The notes: generated by a model not told the origin, from the sequence alone. A stretch of 46,363 nucleotides of DNA from a virus (IMGVR_UViG_3300021082_000043:1-46363); one strand, 5' to 3'; positions 1 through 10,992 are shown, numbered from the stretch's first letter. Program-made: numbers and translations.

Positions 1-2
1 AG

Positions 3-3000
3 ATCTTTCTCGATGGCGCGCTCTGGAAAACGCGCGAGGGTGAGCCGCGTTCCATCATCACGCGAGAGACCACACCGGACACCGAGGAGCGCGCCGCGGT
101 AGCACGCGCGCGGGCGTACTGGAACGAGATCGGCCGCGTCGAGGCGCTCTGGGAGGACGGGCACAGCCAGTACGACGATATCCAGAACCCGATCGTTCGC
201 ATTCGATTCAACCAGCGCGAGCTCGCCGACGGCCGTACGGCGCTCTTCGTCGAGGAGATGCAGCCGCCGAGCGACGAGAACCAGAAGCGCATGCCGGCGC
301 TCTTCCTGAAAAACTGGCGCGAGCTCGGATGGAAATGGGTGCTCCACCAGGCCTCGGCACAGAACGTCGACGTCATCGCGTGGACGACCGGGCAGCAGCA
401 GGCCGACCGGTACTCGCTCGAGAAGCACGTGAGCGCGATCGAGTATCGAAAGAACGGCGACGGCACGTACCAGCTTCTCGTGCGCGACCCGCAAGGCCGG
501 AGCATAGACCGCGTCGAGCGCAGCCGCGCGACCCTGCAAGACCTCGAGGGCATCGTCGGCAAGGAGATCGCGAAGCAGATCGAGGACGGCGCCGGCGACG
601 TGCGCCCACCGACCAGCATCGAGCAGTCGCTCCGTGAGCGCGGCCGCGCGCTCGAGGCGTTCGCCGAGGGCCCGCGCTCGTGGTTCCTGCGTTTCGAGAA
701 CGGCGAGCGGATGGGAGTGTGGAATTCGCGGGCCTCCGCCGAGGGCGACATGGGGCGTATCAACGCCATGTTCGAGGAGTCCGAGCCGCGGCAGATCACC
801 GGCGAGGGCTTGAAGGTCGGCGGCTCCGGTCTCAAGAAGCTCTACGACGTAGATTTCGCAAACGTCGTCAATAAGCTCGCGCCCGTGAAGCGCAACGGCG
901 GCAAGGTCGGAACGATCACGATCCGCGGTGACAACGCACCGCCGGAGGTGATTGCGCGATACGCCGATCAGCCCGATCACCCGTTCACGAAAAAGCAGTT
1001 TCCGCCGGTCCCGGCGCTCGAGCTCACGCCGGCGATCCGCGAGGCGGCGCTCGCCGGGCAAGCACTCTTCCAGGACGACGACAAGGTCAAGGGCGCCTAC
1101 AACCCGGCGACCAACACGATCCGGCTCGTCGCCGGCAAGGCCGACCTGTCGACGTTCCTGCACGAGAGCGGGCATGCGTTCCTCGAGGAGCTCGTCGACG
1201 ACGCGATCACGGTCGCCGGACTGGGCGCCGTCACGACGTCACAGCAGCAGATCGTCGCCGACGCGACCGCGACGATGCGATGGTTCGGATTTAAGGGTTC
1301 GCTCGAGGAGTGGCAGGCGCTCCCGATCGAGGCCCGGCGCGAGCAGCATGAGACGTTCGCGCGCGCGTTCGAGGATTACCTCTATTCCGGCAAAGCGCCG
1401 AGCGCCGAGCTCCGGTCGATCTTCGCGCGCTTCCGCACCTGGCTCCTCGAGGTCTACAAGGCGATTCGCCGGCAGCACGCCGAGGTCTCGCCGGAGATCC
1501 GCGGCGTCATGGATCGGCTCCTCGCGACCGACCAGGCGATCGCCGAGGCCCTGGCCGAGTCGCAGGTCGAGCCGCTATTTGAGAGCGCGGAGAAGGCCGG
1601 CACCGACGAGGCCGGATTCGCGAGCTACCGCGACCGCTACCTCGAGGCGCGCAAGCGCGCGATCGAGACAGTCGACCAGGAGCTCCTCAAGGAGTTCAAG
1701 CGCGAGCGGTCGGCCTGGTGGAAGCTCGAGGTCGAGCAGGTGCGCCGCATCGTCGTCGCCGAGGTGATGGGACAGCCGGCGCTCGTCGCGCAGAGCGTGA
1801 TCCGAACCGGTCGCATGCCGAACGGCGAGATCCCACCCTACGGCGACGGCGCGCCGCTCAAGGCGTCGAAGTCCGACATCGTCGCGAGCTACGGACTCAA
1901 GCGCCTCAAGGGGCTCAAGATGGGCCGCGATTACCTCTACGCGGTCGACGGCGGGCTCCCGGCCGACACCCTGGCCGAGCTCATGGGATTCCCGAACGGC
2001 GACGCGCTCCTGCGCGCTGTGAGCGAAGCGCCGCGCGTCGAGAAGGTGATCGCCGACGAGGTCGAGCACCGGATGCAGCAGAAGCACGGCGACATGCTCT
2101 CGGAGCAGACGCCCGTGCGCGAGGCCGCGGCCGCCGCGGTGCACGCCGAGCGGTTCGACCTGGTGACCGAGGAGCTCCGGCTCCTGAGCGCCAAGACCGC
2201 GGCCGCCGGCGCCTGGCGCGGGGCGGACACGGTGCGCGCCTCGGCCGAGACCACGATCGCGCGCACGAAGATCCGCGACCTGCGCCCGGGGCTCTACCTG
2301 CAAGCGGCGACCCGGCACTCGAGGACGGCGCTCGAGGCCATGGCCGCCGACGATCACACCGGCGCCGCGCGCGCGAAACAGCAGGAGCTCGTCGCGCTGG
2401 CGCTCTACCGGGCCGCGCGAGACGCGAAGGCCAGGACGCAACCCGCGCAGCGCCTCGGGCGCAAGTACGAGCTCGGCGGCCGCGCGATGGCCGCGATGGG
2501 CAAGGCCGGCAGCGACTACGCCGACCAGGTGCTCGGCATCCTCGACCGGTACGAGTTCGCGAAGGTGCCGCAGAAGGCGCTCGACCGGCGCGAGTCGCTC
2601 CGCAAGTTCGTCGCGAAGCTCGAGAAAGAGGGCCTGCCGGTCGAGATACCCGAGGCGGTGCTCGACGACGCACGCAAGATCAACTGGCAGGAGCTCACGG
2701 TCGAGGAGCTCGAGGGCGTCTACCAGACGATCCGGCAGATCGAACACCTGGCGCGCCTGAAGAACAAGCTCGTGAAGGCCGGCGAGCAGCGCGAGCTCTC
2801 GTCGATTCGGAACGAGATCGCGACGTCGATCCGCACCCACCTCTCGACGCGACGCAAGACGCTCGAGCCGCGCCTGGCGAGCGAGCGCGCCGGCGCGTTT
2901 TTCGACGGCGTGTTCGGCTCGCACCGCAAGACCGCGTCGCTCACGCGCGAGCTCGACGACTTCGAGGACGGCGGGCCCATGTGGGACCACGTGCAGCGGC

Positions 3001-4937
3001 GGATCAACGACGCCGGCAACGACGAGGCGGCGCGCACCGCGAAGGCGACGGCCGAGCTCTTCCGTTTGTTCGAGCAGGCCTACACGCCGCTCGAGCGCTC
3101 GAGGTTCGCGCGGCCGGAGTGGATCGAGGCGCTCGGCGACGCGACGAACCCGCGCGCGAGTCTCTCGAAGCAGGGCCGGCTCATGGTCGCGCTCAACTGG
3201 GGCAACGACACGAACCGGCAACGGCTCACCGCGGGCTTTGGCTGGACGCAGGCGCAGGTCGAGGCGGTGCTCGACACGCTCGATCGGCGCGACTGGCAGT
3301 TCGTCCAAAGCGTGTGGGACCACTACGAGACGTACTGGCCCGACATCGTCGCGAAGCAGACGCGCGTCGTCGGCCTGGCGCCGGAGAAGGTCGACGCGAC
3401 GCCGGTATTCACGAAGTACGGCGAGTTCCGCGGCGGCTATCACCCGATCAAGTTCGAGGGCCAACTCTCAGCGAAGGTGCACAACCTCGAGGACGCGAGC
3501 GCCGCCGACATGCAGAAGGCCGCGGCGTACGTGCACGCGACGACCGCGCGTGGGCACCTCGAGGCGCGCGCCGAGGGCAACATCACGTTGCCCGTGCGGC
3601 TCGATTTCGGCGTGATCTGGGAGCACGTCGGCCAGGTGATCCACGACCTCACGCATCACGAGATGCTCATCGACGTCGGCCGGATTCTCGGCGGCGACGA
3701 GGTCTCGTCGGCGATCGTCGACACGCTCGGGATCGAAGCGTTCAACCAGTACCGGACCGCGCTCAAGGACATTGCCGTCGGCGACGTGCCGGCGCGACAC
3801 ACGATGGAGCGCGCGCTCGGGCACCTGCGCACGGGCTCGACGGTCGTCGGCCTGGCGTGGAGTCTCACGACCGTCGCGTTGCAGCCGCTTGGATTGACTC
3901 AATCCATGGTTCGGATTGGCCCAATGCACGTCGCGAAAGGCCTCTCGAGATGGCTCCGCGGCGCCGACGCGATGACGACGACGGTCTCAGGCATTCACGC
4001 GAAGTCTGTATTCATGGCGAACCGGCACCGGACGATGATGCGAGAGATCCATGAGATTCGGAACCGGCTCGGCGTCGACACCGGCAAGTACACCGGATGG
4101 CTCGACGCGGCGCTGCGCGGAATGTCGGCCGACAAGGTCACGAAGCAGGGCCTCAGTGATTCCTACTTCTGGATGATCGGCCGCGCACAGATGGTCGCCG
4201 ATATTCCGACATGGATCGGGATGTACGAGAAAGCGATCGCGGACCCGGCGAACCTGAAGGAGGACGGCACCGTCGACGACGAGCGCGCGGTCGCACTCGC
4301 CGACCAGGCGGTGCTCGACAGCCAGGGCGGCGGGCAGATCAAGGACATGGCCGCGGTCCAGCGCGGCGGGCCCGCGTGGAAGCTCTGGACCAACTTCTAT
4401 AGCTTTTTCAACGTGACGTACAACCAATGGGTCGAGGCGAAACGCAAGGCGCAGGACGGCGGCCGCTACCCGACAACGCCGGCGGCGATCGGGCGCCTGG
4501 CCGTCGACTACATGCTGCTGTTCACGGTGCCCGCGGTGCTCGGTTCGATCCTGCGCGACGCGCTGCGCGGCGAGCTCGACGACGACCTCGAGGACCCGGA
4601 GGCCTGGGCGGCGAAGCTTGTGAGCGAGAACCTGGCCTACATGCTCGGCACGATGGTCGTGCTCCGCGAGGCCGGCGGCGCGCTCCAGGGCTTCTCGAAT
4701 TACGAGGGCCCGGCCGGCGCTCGAGGCGTCGCGTCGATCTCGCGCCTGGCAACGCAGGTGCGGCAGTTCGAGTTCGATAGCGGGCTCGTCGACAGTCTCA
4801 ACGCGGCCGCCGGCGTGTTCTTTCACTACCCGGCCGCGCAGGTCGAGCGCACGACGAAAGGGATCGCCGCGCTCATGGAGGGGCGCACCGAGAACCCGCT
4901 CGCCGTGCTCGTGGGTCCACCTCGAGAGCGTCGATAA
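3..4937 (+). CDS. C-terminal half of giant polyvalent internal virion/ejection protein (continues from 41547 across the window end)
   Basis: Frame is open from position 3 (IFLDGALW...RIRFNQRELADGRTALFVEEMQ). Zincin-like HExxH motif (DLSTFLHESGH, ~1161-1175), then a long helical region typical of large podovirus ejection proteins. Confidence 0.85.
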   Translation: MFLDGALWKTREGEPRSIITRETTPDTEERAAVARARAYWNEIGRVEALWEDGHSQYDDIQNPIVRIRFNQRELADGRTALFVEEMQPPSDENQKRMPALFLKNWRELGWKWVLHQASAQNVDVIAWTTGQQQADRYSLEKHVSAIEYRKNGDGTYQLLVRDPQGRSIDRVERSRATLQDLEGIVGKEIAKQIEDGAGDVRPPTSIEQSLRERGRALEAFAEGPRSWFLRFENGERMGVWNSRASAEGDMGRINAMFEESEPRQITGEGLKVGGSGLKKLYDVDFANVVNKLAPVKRNGGKVGTITIRGDNAPPEVIARYADQPDHPFTKKQFPPVPALELTPAIREAALAGQALFQDDDKVKGAYNPATNTIRLVAGKADLSTFLHESGHAFLEELVDDAITVAGLGAVTTSQQQIVADATATMRWFGFKGSLEEWQALPIEARREQHETFARAFEDYLYSGKAPSAELRSIFARFRTWLLEVYKAIRRQHAEVSPEIRGVMDRLLATDQAIAEALAESQVEPLFESAEKAGTDEAGFASYRDRYLEARKRAIETVDQELLKEFKRERSAWWKLEVEQVRRIVVAEVMGQPALVAQSVIRTGRMPNGEIPPYGDGAPLKASKSDIVASYGLKRLKGLKMGRDYLYAVDGGLPADTLAELMGFPNGDALLRAVSEAPRVEKVIADEVEHRMQQKHGDMLSEQTPVREAAAAAVHAERFDLVTEELRLLSAKTAAAGAWRGADTVRASAETTIARTKIRDLRPGLYLQAATRHSRTALEAMAADDHTGAARAKQQELVALALYRAARDAKARTQPAQRLGRKYELGGRAMAAMGKAGSDYADQVLGILDRYEFAKVPQKALDRRESLRKFVAKLEKEGLPVEIPEAVLDDARKINWQELTVEELEGVYQTIRQIEHLARLKNKLVKAGEQRELSSIRNEIATSIRTHLSTRRKTLEPRLASERAGAFFDGVFGSHRKTASLTRELDDFEDGGPMWDHVQRRINDAGNDEAARTAKATAELFRLFEQAYTPLERSRFARPEWIEALGDATNPRASLSKQGRLMVALNWGNDTNRQRLTAGFGWTQAQVEAVLDTLDRRDWQFVQSVWDHYETYWPDIVAKQTRVVGLAPEKVDATPVFTKYGEFRGGYHPIKFEGQLSAKVHNLEDASAADMQKAAAYVHATTARGHLEARAEGNITLPVRLDFGVIWEHVGQVIHDLTHHEMLIDVGRILGGDEVSSAIVDTLGIEAFNQYRTALKDIAVGDVPARHTMERALGHLRTGSTVVGLAWSLTTVALQPLGLTQSMVRIGPMHVAKGLSRWLRGADAMTTTVSGIHAKSVFMANRHRTMMREIHEIRNRLGVDTGKYTGWLDAALRGMSADKVTKQGLSDSYFWMIGRAQMVADIPTWIGMYEKAIADPANLKEDGTVDDERAVALADQAVLDSQGGGQIKDMAAVQRGGPAWKLWTNFYSFFNVTYNQWVEAKRKAQDGGRYPTTPAAIGRLAVDYMLLFTVPAVLGSILRDALRGELDDDLEDPEAWAAKLVSENLAYMLGTMVVLREAGGALQGFSNYEGPAGARGVASISRLATQVRQFEFDSGLVDSLNAAAGVFFHYPAAQVERTTKGIAALMEGRTENPLAVLVGPPRERR

Positions 4938-7055
4938 ATGGACCGCCAAGATCTCCGGCGCCGCGGGCCTCGTCGGCGCGGATTCGTGGCGACCGACGCC
5001 GGCGGCAACCCGACGATCATCCCGTTCGGCGAAGCGGGCGACGTCGTGCACGGCGACGGCTCGGTCGGACCACCACCACCACCAGGCGGCGGAGGCGGCG
5101 GCGGCGGGACGAACGTCACGGGCCGAGTCTCGGGCGGTCAAGTCATCTGGGAGAGCGGCTACACCTACCGCGTCAGCGCCGCGGTCTACTACATCGCCGG
5201 CACGCTCTACGCGAGCGCCGAGCAGACGATCACCCTGAGCGCGCCCGACGGGACGTTCGATCGCATCGACGTGATCGTGCTCGACACCGCGGGTATCGTC
5301 GGCGCCGTCGAAGGCGTGCCGAGCGCGACGCCGTCCGAACCGAGCGTCGACCCGGCGACGCAACTGAAGCTCGGCCTCGTGCTCGTCTCGACGGGCACGA
5401 CCGAACCGGTCGACCTGAGCAACGAGCTCGTCTACGCCGACAACGTCGGATCGCCGACCGAGTGGGACTGGACGGCAACCGGCGCGTCGATCAACGTCAA
5501 TTCCTCGAGCACGCCACACGCGGGAACGAAGGACATCGAGGGCACGAACGTCGTCGTCGGCACCGCGGCCGTCGGCACGATCGGCGCCGGCACGATCGAC
5601 CCGAACGCGTACGACTTCCTTGCCTGCTTCCTGCGACCGAAAGCGGCCTGGGCGAACAACCGCGGGCTCCTCGTGAGCCTGCGCTCGAGCGGCGTGCTCG
5701 TCGGCGTCGCGCTCCAGATCAAGCGCTCGGGCTCGTTCGGGTACGACGGCACCCTGCTCGCGTACCAGCAGGTCGCGATCCCGATCACGGCGTTCGCGGT
5801 CCCGGCGGGCACGCTCATCGACGGCGTGCGCTTCGAAGCATACGGCGGCGTCGTCGGGTGGCACCTCGACACGATCGGATTCCAGGGCCAGGCCACGGAG
5901 CCGGCGACGGGCGGCATCACGCAGGCGGAAGCCGATGCGCGCTACGCTCCGCTCGGGCCGGCGTTCGTCACGATCGGCGCCGTCGCCGGTCTCCCGAACG
6001 AGCGCCGGCTCACGGCCGGTACCGGCGTCACGGTGACCGACAACGGGGCGAACAACACCGTCGTCGTCGCGGTGACACCGGGCGTCGGCGTCGGCGACGT
6101 CGTCGGGCCAGCGAGCTCCACGGACAACGCGATCGCACGGTTCGATCTGGCGACCGGCAAGCTCATCCAGAACAGCGCGCCGATCGTGCAGGACGACGGC
6201 CGGATTTCAACCGTCACTGACCCGAGCTCGGCACAGGACGCCGCGACGAAAAACTACGTCGACGGGCTCATGGCGAACATCGGCAAGCGAGCGCGCGTGC
6301 GCCTGGCGACGACGGGCCCGATCACGATCTCGACCGGGCTCAACGCCGGCGACTCGATCGACAGCGTGACGCTGGTCACCGGCGACCTGGTGCTCGTGAA
6401 GGACCAGGCGGCGCCCGAGCAGAACGGCGTCTACGTGGTGGGCGTCTCGCCGGCGCGCTTCGCGGAGTTCGACACGTACGACGAGCACCCGGGCTCGCTC
6501 ATCGCCGCGCAAGAGGGCACGACGAACGCCGACACGTTGTGGCTCTGCACCTCGAACGTCGGCGGCACGCTCAACACGACAGCGATCGCGTTCTCGGCGC
6601 TGTCGATAAGCGCTGGCATCAACCAACTCACCGGCCATGGCACCGCGGGCCCTGGCTCCGGCTCGCAGCCGTTCACGTTGTCGGTCGCGATGCGGACGCG
6701 GATCGTGATCTTCCCGCTCGCCGGAGCCGGCGCCGGCGTCGACCTGGTGCCGGGGCAGAAGTTCACATTTCCCGAGATCCCCTACACCGGCACGATCACG
6801 AAGGCGCGGATCGTCTCGCCTGACGTTGGCGACATCGAGCTCGACGTGCTCCTCAGCACGTACGCGGCTTTTCCGACGATGGCGTCGATCGTGGGTGGAG
6901 CTCCGCCGACGCTCTCTGGCGTACAGAAGAGCGAGGACTCCACCCTAACCGGCTGGTCTCCTGCGGTCACCGCCGGCGACGTCGCCGACGTCGAGGTGCT
7001 CACGTGTAGCGGGATCAAGCGCTGCACATTGAGCCTGACGGTAGTGCTCACCTAA
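4938..7055 (+). CDS. Tail fibre / virion receptor-binding protein
   Basis: 705 aa, Gly/Thr/Val-rich beta composition with tail-fibre-like segments (VTDPSSAQDAATKNYVD; GDLVLVKDQAAPEQNGVYVV). Abuts the upstream gene. Confidence 0.7.
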   Translation: MDRQDLRRRGPRRRGFVATDAGGNPTIIPFGEAGDVVHGDGSVGPPPPPGGGGGGGGTNVTGRVSGGQVIWESGYTYRVSAAVYYIAGTLYASAEQTITLSAPDGTFDRIDVIVLDTAGIVGAVEGVPSATPSEPSVDPATQLKLGLVLVSTGTTEPVDLSNELVYADNVGSPTEWDWTATGASINVNSSSTPHAGTKDIEGTNVVVGTAAVGTIGAGTIDPNAYDFLACFLRPKAAWANNRGLLVSLRSSGVLVGVALQIKRSGSFGYDGTLLAYQQVAIPITAFAVPAGTLIDGVRFEAYGGVVGWHLDTIGFQGQATEPATGGITQAEADARYAPLGPAFVTIGAVAGLPNERRLTAGTGVTVTDNGANNTVVVAVTPGVGVGDVVGPASSTDNAIARFDLATGKLIQNSAPIVQDDGRISTVTDPSSAQDAATKNYVDGLMANIGKRARVRLATTGPITISTGLNAGDSIDSVTLVTGDLVLVKDQAAPEQNGVYVVGVSPARFAEFDTYDEHPGSLIAAQEGTTNADTLWLCTSNVGGTLNTTAIAFSALSISAGINQLTGHGTAGPGSGSQPFTLSVAMRTRIVIFPLAGAGAGVDLVPGQKFTFPEIPYTGTITKARIVSPDVGDIELDVLLSTYAAFPTMASIVGGAPPTLSGVQKSEDSTLTGWSPAVTAGDVADVEVLTCSGIKRCTLSLTVVLT

Positions 7056-9721
7056 TGGCGCGCAAGGTATTCATCGGCAGCGGGAGCATGGCGACCGGCG
7101 CCAACTGGGCGAACGTCGACTCGACCGCGCTCGTCTCAAACAATACCGGCTCGACGGCGCTCACGACGGGGAACCTCGACGCGACCGCGTTCGCGCCTGG
7201 CGCCGTGACGGTGCTCGGCGTGCTCGTGCGCCTGGCCGCTCGAGCGGCGGGTTCGCCGAGCAACACAATGACGATCACGCTGCGCAACGTAACAGGCGCG
7301 GTGAACGTGATCTCCGTCACGGTGAACGTCTCGGACCTGCCGGCGTGCACGGCAGGCGCGACCTCGGCTGGCGGGTGGCATTACCTGAAGTTCTCATCGT
7401 CGCAGCTGCTTCTCGCGGCGACCAACTACACGATCCGCGCAACGCTCTCGAGCACGTCGACCGCGGTGAGTCTCGCGACGAACGGCACGGCGAACAACTG
7501 GCAGCACATGCTCGTGCTCAACACGACCGGCGCGCCGGCCGCCGGCGACGACATGCACGTGCCGCAGCTGCTCGACGGGGCGACGAACCCGGCGACGCCT
7601 GGCGGGTTCACGATGACGGTCGACTCGACCGCGGCGACCGACTACGGCTCGGCCGACACGAGCAACTACGTCGCGGCGCTCGACGTGTCAAAGGGATCGG
7701 TGATCACCTGGGCGACGACGGCCGCGACCGCGTTCATCCTGCGCCTGTCTGGGCACCTCAAGGTGTATTCGGGCGGCGAGCATCGCATGGGCACGACGGG
7801 CACGCCTTGCCCGCGAGGGTCGTCGATGGTGCTCGAGTTCGACTGCTCGGCCGATTGGGCGTTCTATCACTCCACGATGAACGGGGGCACGTTCGTCGGC
7901 CAAGGTCTGAGCCGGACGACCGGCAAGAACGTGAGCCAGTGTCTCCTCACGGCGGCGGTCAGCGCTGGCGCGACGAGCCTGAGCAGCGTCGACACCGATA
8001 CCGGCTGGCTCACCGGCGACGAGATCGTGCTCTCGCCGACCGCGCGCGTCGACAACGAGGCCGACCTCGTGACCTTGTCGGGCGACGCCGGCGCGAGCTC
8101 AATGTCGATCTCAGCGACGACCTTCGCGCACCCCTACAGCGCGGCCGAGCAGGTGCAAGGCGGGGTGATGCTGATGACGCGCAACGTGACGATCCGATCG
8201 GTCTCCTCGTCGTTCATGACGGCATTCGTCGTGCGGCCGACGGCGAATGTCGACTGCGATTGGGTCGCGTTCCGGTACCTCGGCGCGAACGGCGGGCAAG
8301 GCGACTACGGCGTGCTGCTCGAGACAACGACCGGCGTCGTCTCCTTCCATCACTGCTCGCAGCGTGATTGTGATGGCGGGGGTCTCGCGCTCACCGGCGT
8401 CGTCACGAGCCCTGGCTCGGTGACCGTCGACTCCTACAGCATCTACCGGCACGCGGTCGTGACCGACTTTTTTGCGTTCACGTTCAGTACGGCGCCCGCG
8501 GCGTCTGGCCTGGTGGCGGTGAGTAATTGCTGGCAGGCGCTCGGGATCGTCGACGGCGCCGGCGGCTTCGCGCTCCGCGCCGGCAATATCACGTATAGCG
8601 GCACGTTCCGCTTGTCGGGCGATGACGGCGAGGGCGTGTGCCTCACGGGCGACTTTCTCGGCTGGTCGGTCGGCGGCGACTGGCACATGCACTCGTGCGG
8701 CACGCCGCTCTATGTCAACGCCACGCTCTCGGACGTGTACCTGACGGGCACCTGGCGCGGGTGGCGCTGCGTGAATACCGGGCTCTGGATCGACAGCGGC
8801 CAGGTGCAAAACGTCAATTTCGAGGGGGACGTCTACCTGTTCGGCAACGCGACGCCGGGCAACCTGATCGTCGACACACCCTCGGGGGTGATCGGGCTGA
8901 CGTTCGGGTTCCTTCACCTGTCGGGCGATTCGACGTACTCGTCGCCGCGCGGGTTCAACATCGACAACCACGTGCTCGACCTCGTGGTGCACCGCGGGAA
9001 CTTTGGCGTCGCCTCTGGGATCTGGACGGCTCACACGACGTGTGATCTCGACTACGCGGTCGTGTTCCGCGCGACGTTCGTCAACTGCGTGTTCGCCTCG
9101 GCCGTGGAAACGATCCCGACCGTGCCGGGGCTCTCGGCGAATAGCATGCTCACGCGGCTGCACTTTCAGCGGAAAGACGGCACCGCCGGCGTCGACTACA
9201 CGCAGACGGCCGCGGGCACGATCGCTCGAGAGACGAGCACCGTGCAGGACAGTCCCGGCGCGAAGCTCACGCCGTTTCTCTCGAACGTGAAGCTCGAGTC
9301 ACACGCCGGCGCTCGAGGCAAGGGGTTCATCGTCGGCGTTCTCAGCGGCGGCACCGCGCAGGTCTCCGTCTACGTGCGAAAAAACGCGGCGTACAACGGT
9401 AACGCGCCGCGGCTGATCCAGAAGCGCAATTCGTCCGCGGGGTTCAACGCCGACGTCGTGCTCGACACGTTGACGGTCGCCGCGGACACCTGGGAAGTGC
9501 TCACCGGCACGACGGGGGCCGCGACCGCCGACGGCGTGCTCGAGTTCGTGGTCGACTGCGACGGCACCGCCGGCGACGTGTTCGTCAATCAGTGGACCGA
9601 GGGATCGGCAACGCCGAGCGGCGACGAGACGGCCTGGCTCGACGGTCTGCCAGTGAAGGCCAGGGGCGTTAGTGTGATTGGGAGCGGCGCCGACGAGCAG
9701 GCGTCCGGGTACGTGGGCTAA
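7055..9721 (+). CDS. Tail spike / beta-helix-like virion protein
   Basis: 888 aa, Thr/Gly/Ala/Ser-rich with short repeated beta-strand pattern. TAATG coupling to the previous tail gene. Confidence 0.6.
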   Translation: MARKVFIGSGSMATGANWANVDSTALVSNNTGSTALTTGNLDATAFAPGAVTVLGVLVRLAARAAGSPSNTMTITLRNVTGAVNVISVTVNVSDLPACTAGATSAGGWHYLKFSSSQLLLAATNYTIRATLSSTSTAVSLATNGTANNWQHMLVLNTTGAPAAGDDMHVPQLLDGATNPATPGGFTMTVDSTAATDYGSADTSNYVAALDVSKGSVITWATTAATAFILRLSGHLKVYSGGEHRMGTTGTPCPRGSSMVLEFDCSADWAFYHSTMNGGTFVGQGLSRTTGKNVSQCLLTAAVSAGATSLSSVDTDTGWLTGDEIVLSPTARVDNEADLVTLSGDAGASSMSISATTFAHPYSAAEQVQGGVMLMTRNVTIRSVSSSFMTAFVVRPTANVDCDWVAFRYLGANGGQGDYGVLLETTTGVVSFHHCSQRDCDGGGLALTGVVTSPGSVTVDSYSIYRHAVVTDFFAFTFSTAPAASGLVAVSNCWQALGIVDGAGGFALRAGNITYSGTFRLSGDDGEGVCLTGDFLGWSVGGDWHMHSCGTPLYVNATLSDVYLTGTWRGWRCVNTGLWIDSGQVQNVNFEGDVYLFGNATPGNLIVDTPSGVIGLTFGFLHLSGDSTYSSPRGFNIDNHVLDLVVHRGNFGVASGIWTAHTTCDLDYAVVFRATFVNCVFASAVETIPTVPGLSANSMLTRLHFQRKDGTAGVDYTQTAAGTIARETSTVQDSPGAKLTPFLSNVKLESHAGARGKGFIVGVLSGGTAQVSVYVRKNAAYNGNAPRLIQKRNSSAGFNADVVLDTLTVAADTWEVLTGTTGAATADGVLEFVVDCDGTAGDVFVNQWTEGSATPSGDETAWLDGLPVKARGVSVIGSGADEQASGYVG

Positions 9722-9802
9722 CACAACGCTGGAGACGAGCCAATGGTCGGTCGAGCAGATGGCAGAGACGATGAGTACGGGGACGAGAACCAAAGGAGCG
9801 AC

Positions 9803-10108
9803 ATGGCCGGATTCAGACCACTCAACGGACACACGGGCGAGGTCGCTCGATGGATTATCGGGCTCGTCATGTTGGCGCTCGTGACGTACTACAACCGCGA
9901 TCGCGAGGCGGGCGAACGCGTCGTTATGATCGACGTTCGTGAGCAGATTCGCTTCGAGGAGAACCAGCGAAGCTTTAGCCGGATCGAGCGCGCCGTCGAA
10001 GAGCAAGGGGAAAAACTCGAGGCGCTCATCAGTTCGGAGTCGCGCCGGATTCGACCCGAAGGAACGAGCGAGCCGACATACCCGCGCGGCCGCATGTTCG
10101 ATCGATAG
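9803..10108 (+). CDS. Small membrane protein, possible holin-like lysis protein
   Basis: AAGGAG RBS before ATG 9803; one TM helix (WIIGLVMLALVTYY) then coiled coil; last gene of the late operon. Confidence 0.45.
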   Translation: MAGFRPLNGHTGEVARWIIGLVMLALVTYYNRDREAGERVVMIDVREQIRFEENQRSFSRIERAVEEQGEKLEALISSESRRIRPEGTSEPTYPRGRMFDR

Positions 10109-10198
10109 CGCTCGAGGCGGCCGTAGGGTAGGGCCGACCGCTGGGAACACAGCTACCCCGGCTGTGAGGCCGGCGCCTGTTCTCGGTCGCCTCGAGCG

Positions 10199-10327
10199 CT
10201 ATCGCAAGTGCTTCCAGATCCAATGCTCACGCCGCGGCCGCTTGGTGGGCCCGTCGAGCAAACCGTTCGCGTACATCAGGACCAGTGACACCACGACGCC
10301 CGCCAGTACGATCAGGAAAGTCACCAT
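10199..10327 (-). CDS. 42 aa membrane peptide downstream of the repressor
   Basis: Hand translation MVTFLIVLAGVVVSLVLMYANGLLDGPTKRPRREHWIWKHLR*; below the ORF-track size cutoff. Confidence 0.45.
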   Translation of the reverse strand: MVTFLIVLAGVVVSLVLMYANGLLDGPTKRPRREHWIWKHLR

Positions 10328-10458
10328 AGGCCGATACTCTTTTCGGAGTTATCACAGACGGCCTTTACCCTCTATCCATGAGGGTGTAGTCGTTGTAGGA
10401 TCGCCGCGCGATTACCCTCTCTCAGGAGTCTCTCTCATGGCTTGGCGGCGTGTTCCTT

Positions 10459-10992
10459 CTACTTCCCTCGGCGGCGCCCGTTGGTTGACGGCGTTGACGC
10501 TGGTGCTCCTGTCGCTGCCGCCGGCGGCACGGAAACAGGTCGAGTTTTTCGCCCGCGTCCAACTCCGAGCCGCGCAACGGCAATCCACCCCTTCACGCGC
10601 TGATAGTCCTCGTAGTCCAGCGCGTGCAAATCCGCCAGCACGAGCTCGTCGTCGGGCGTCACCGGCACGCGCCGGATCTCCGTCGGCGCGCCGCGCAGCG
10701 CGGCAGTGAGCCGGCGGTCAGCGAGCGTGCGCCGTTCGGCGCCGGCGCGCCGCTCGGTCAAAGCCGAGATGCCCGGCTGAAAAAGCTGGTAGACCGCGAT
10801 CCCGAAGAAGTCGGCGAACGCGTCGAGATACTTGAGCGGGATCCCGCGCTTGTCGTGGCGGTCGCGGTCACTGAACACTCGGCTCGCCCATGAGCGGGTG
10901 AGTCCGCAGTGCGCGGCGAGCTCAGCCCGCGTCTGCCCCCTGGCTCGCAGGATGGCGTCGATGTTCTGCCGCAGAATACGCTCCGCACGCAT
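10459..10992 (-). CDS. XRE-family HTH repressor (CI-like)
   Basis: LRQNIDAILRARGQTRAELAAHCGLTRSWASRVF...IPLKYLDAFADFFGI is an XRE HTH pattern. It is the only sizeable leftward gene and diverges from a Cro-like gene. ATG 10992 is preferred over the track start at 11037. Confidence 0.8.
   Translation of the reverse strand: MRAERILRQNIDAILRARGQTRAELAAHCGLTRSWASRVFSDRDRHDKRGIPLKYLDAFADFFGIAVYQLFQPGISALTERRAGAERRTLADRRLTAALRGAPTEIRRVPVTPDDELVLADLHALDYEDYQRVKGWIAVARLGVGRGRKTRPVSVPPAAATGAPASTPSTNGRRRGK

Noticed and set aside
1575-5864. Long antisense and alternate-frame ORFs (e.g. 1575-3464, 1718-4054, 3987-5864; likewise 24181-26139 and 42026-43270)
   Set aside because: These are shadow ORFs expected at high GC. 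They overlap well-supported genes and are Arg/Ala-rich with no motifs.
4938-10458. BPP-1-type diversity-generating retroelement near the tail fibres
   Set aside because: No reverse transcriptase (YxDD) gene and no template/variable repeat pair were seen.
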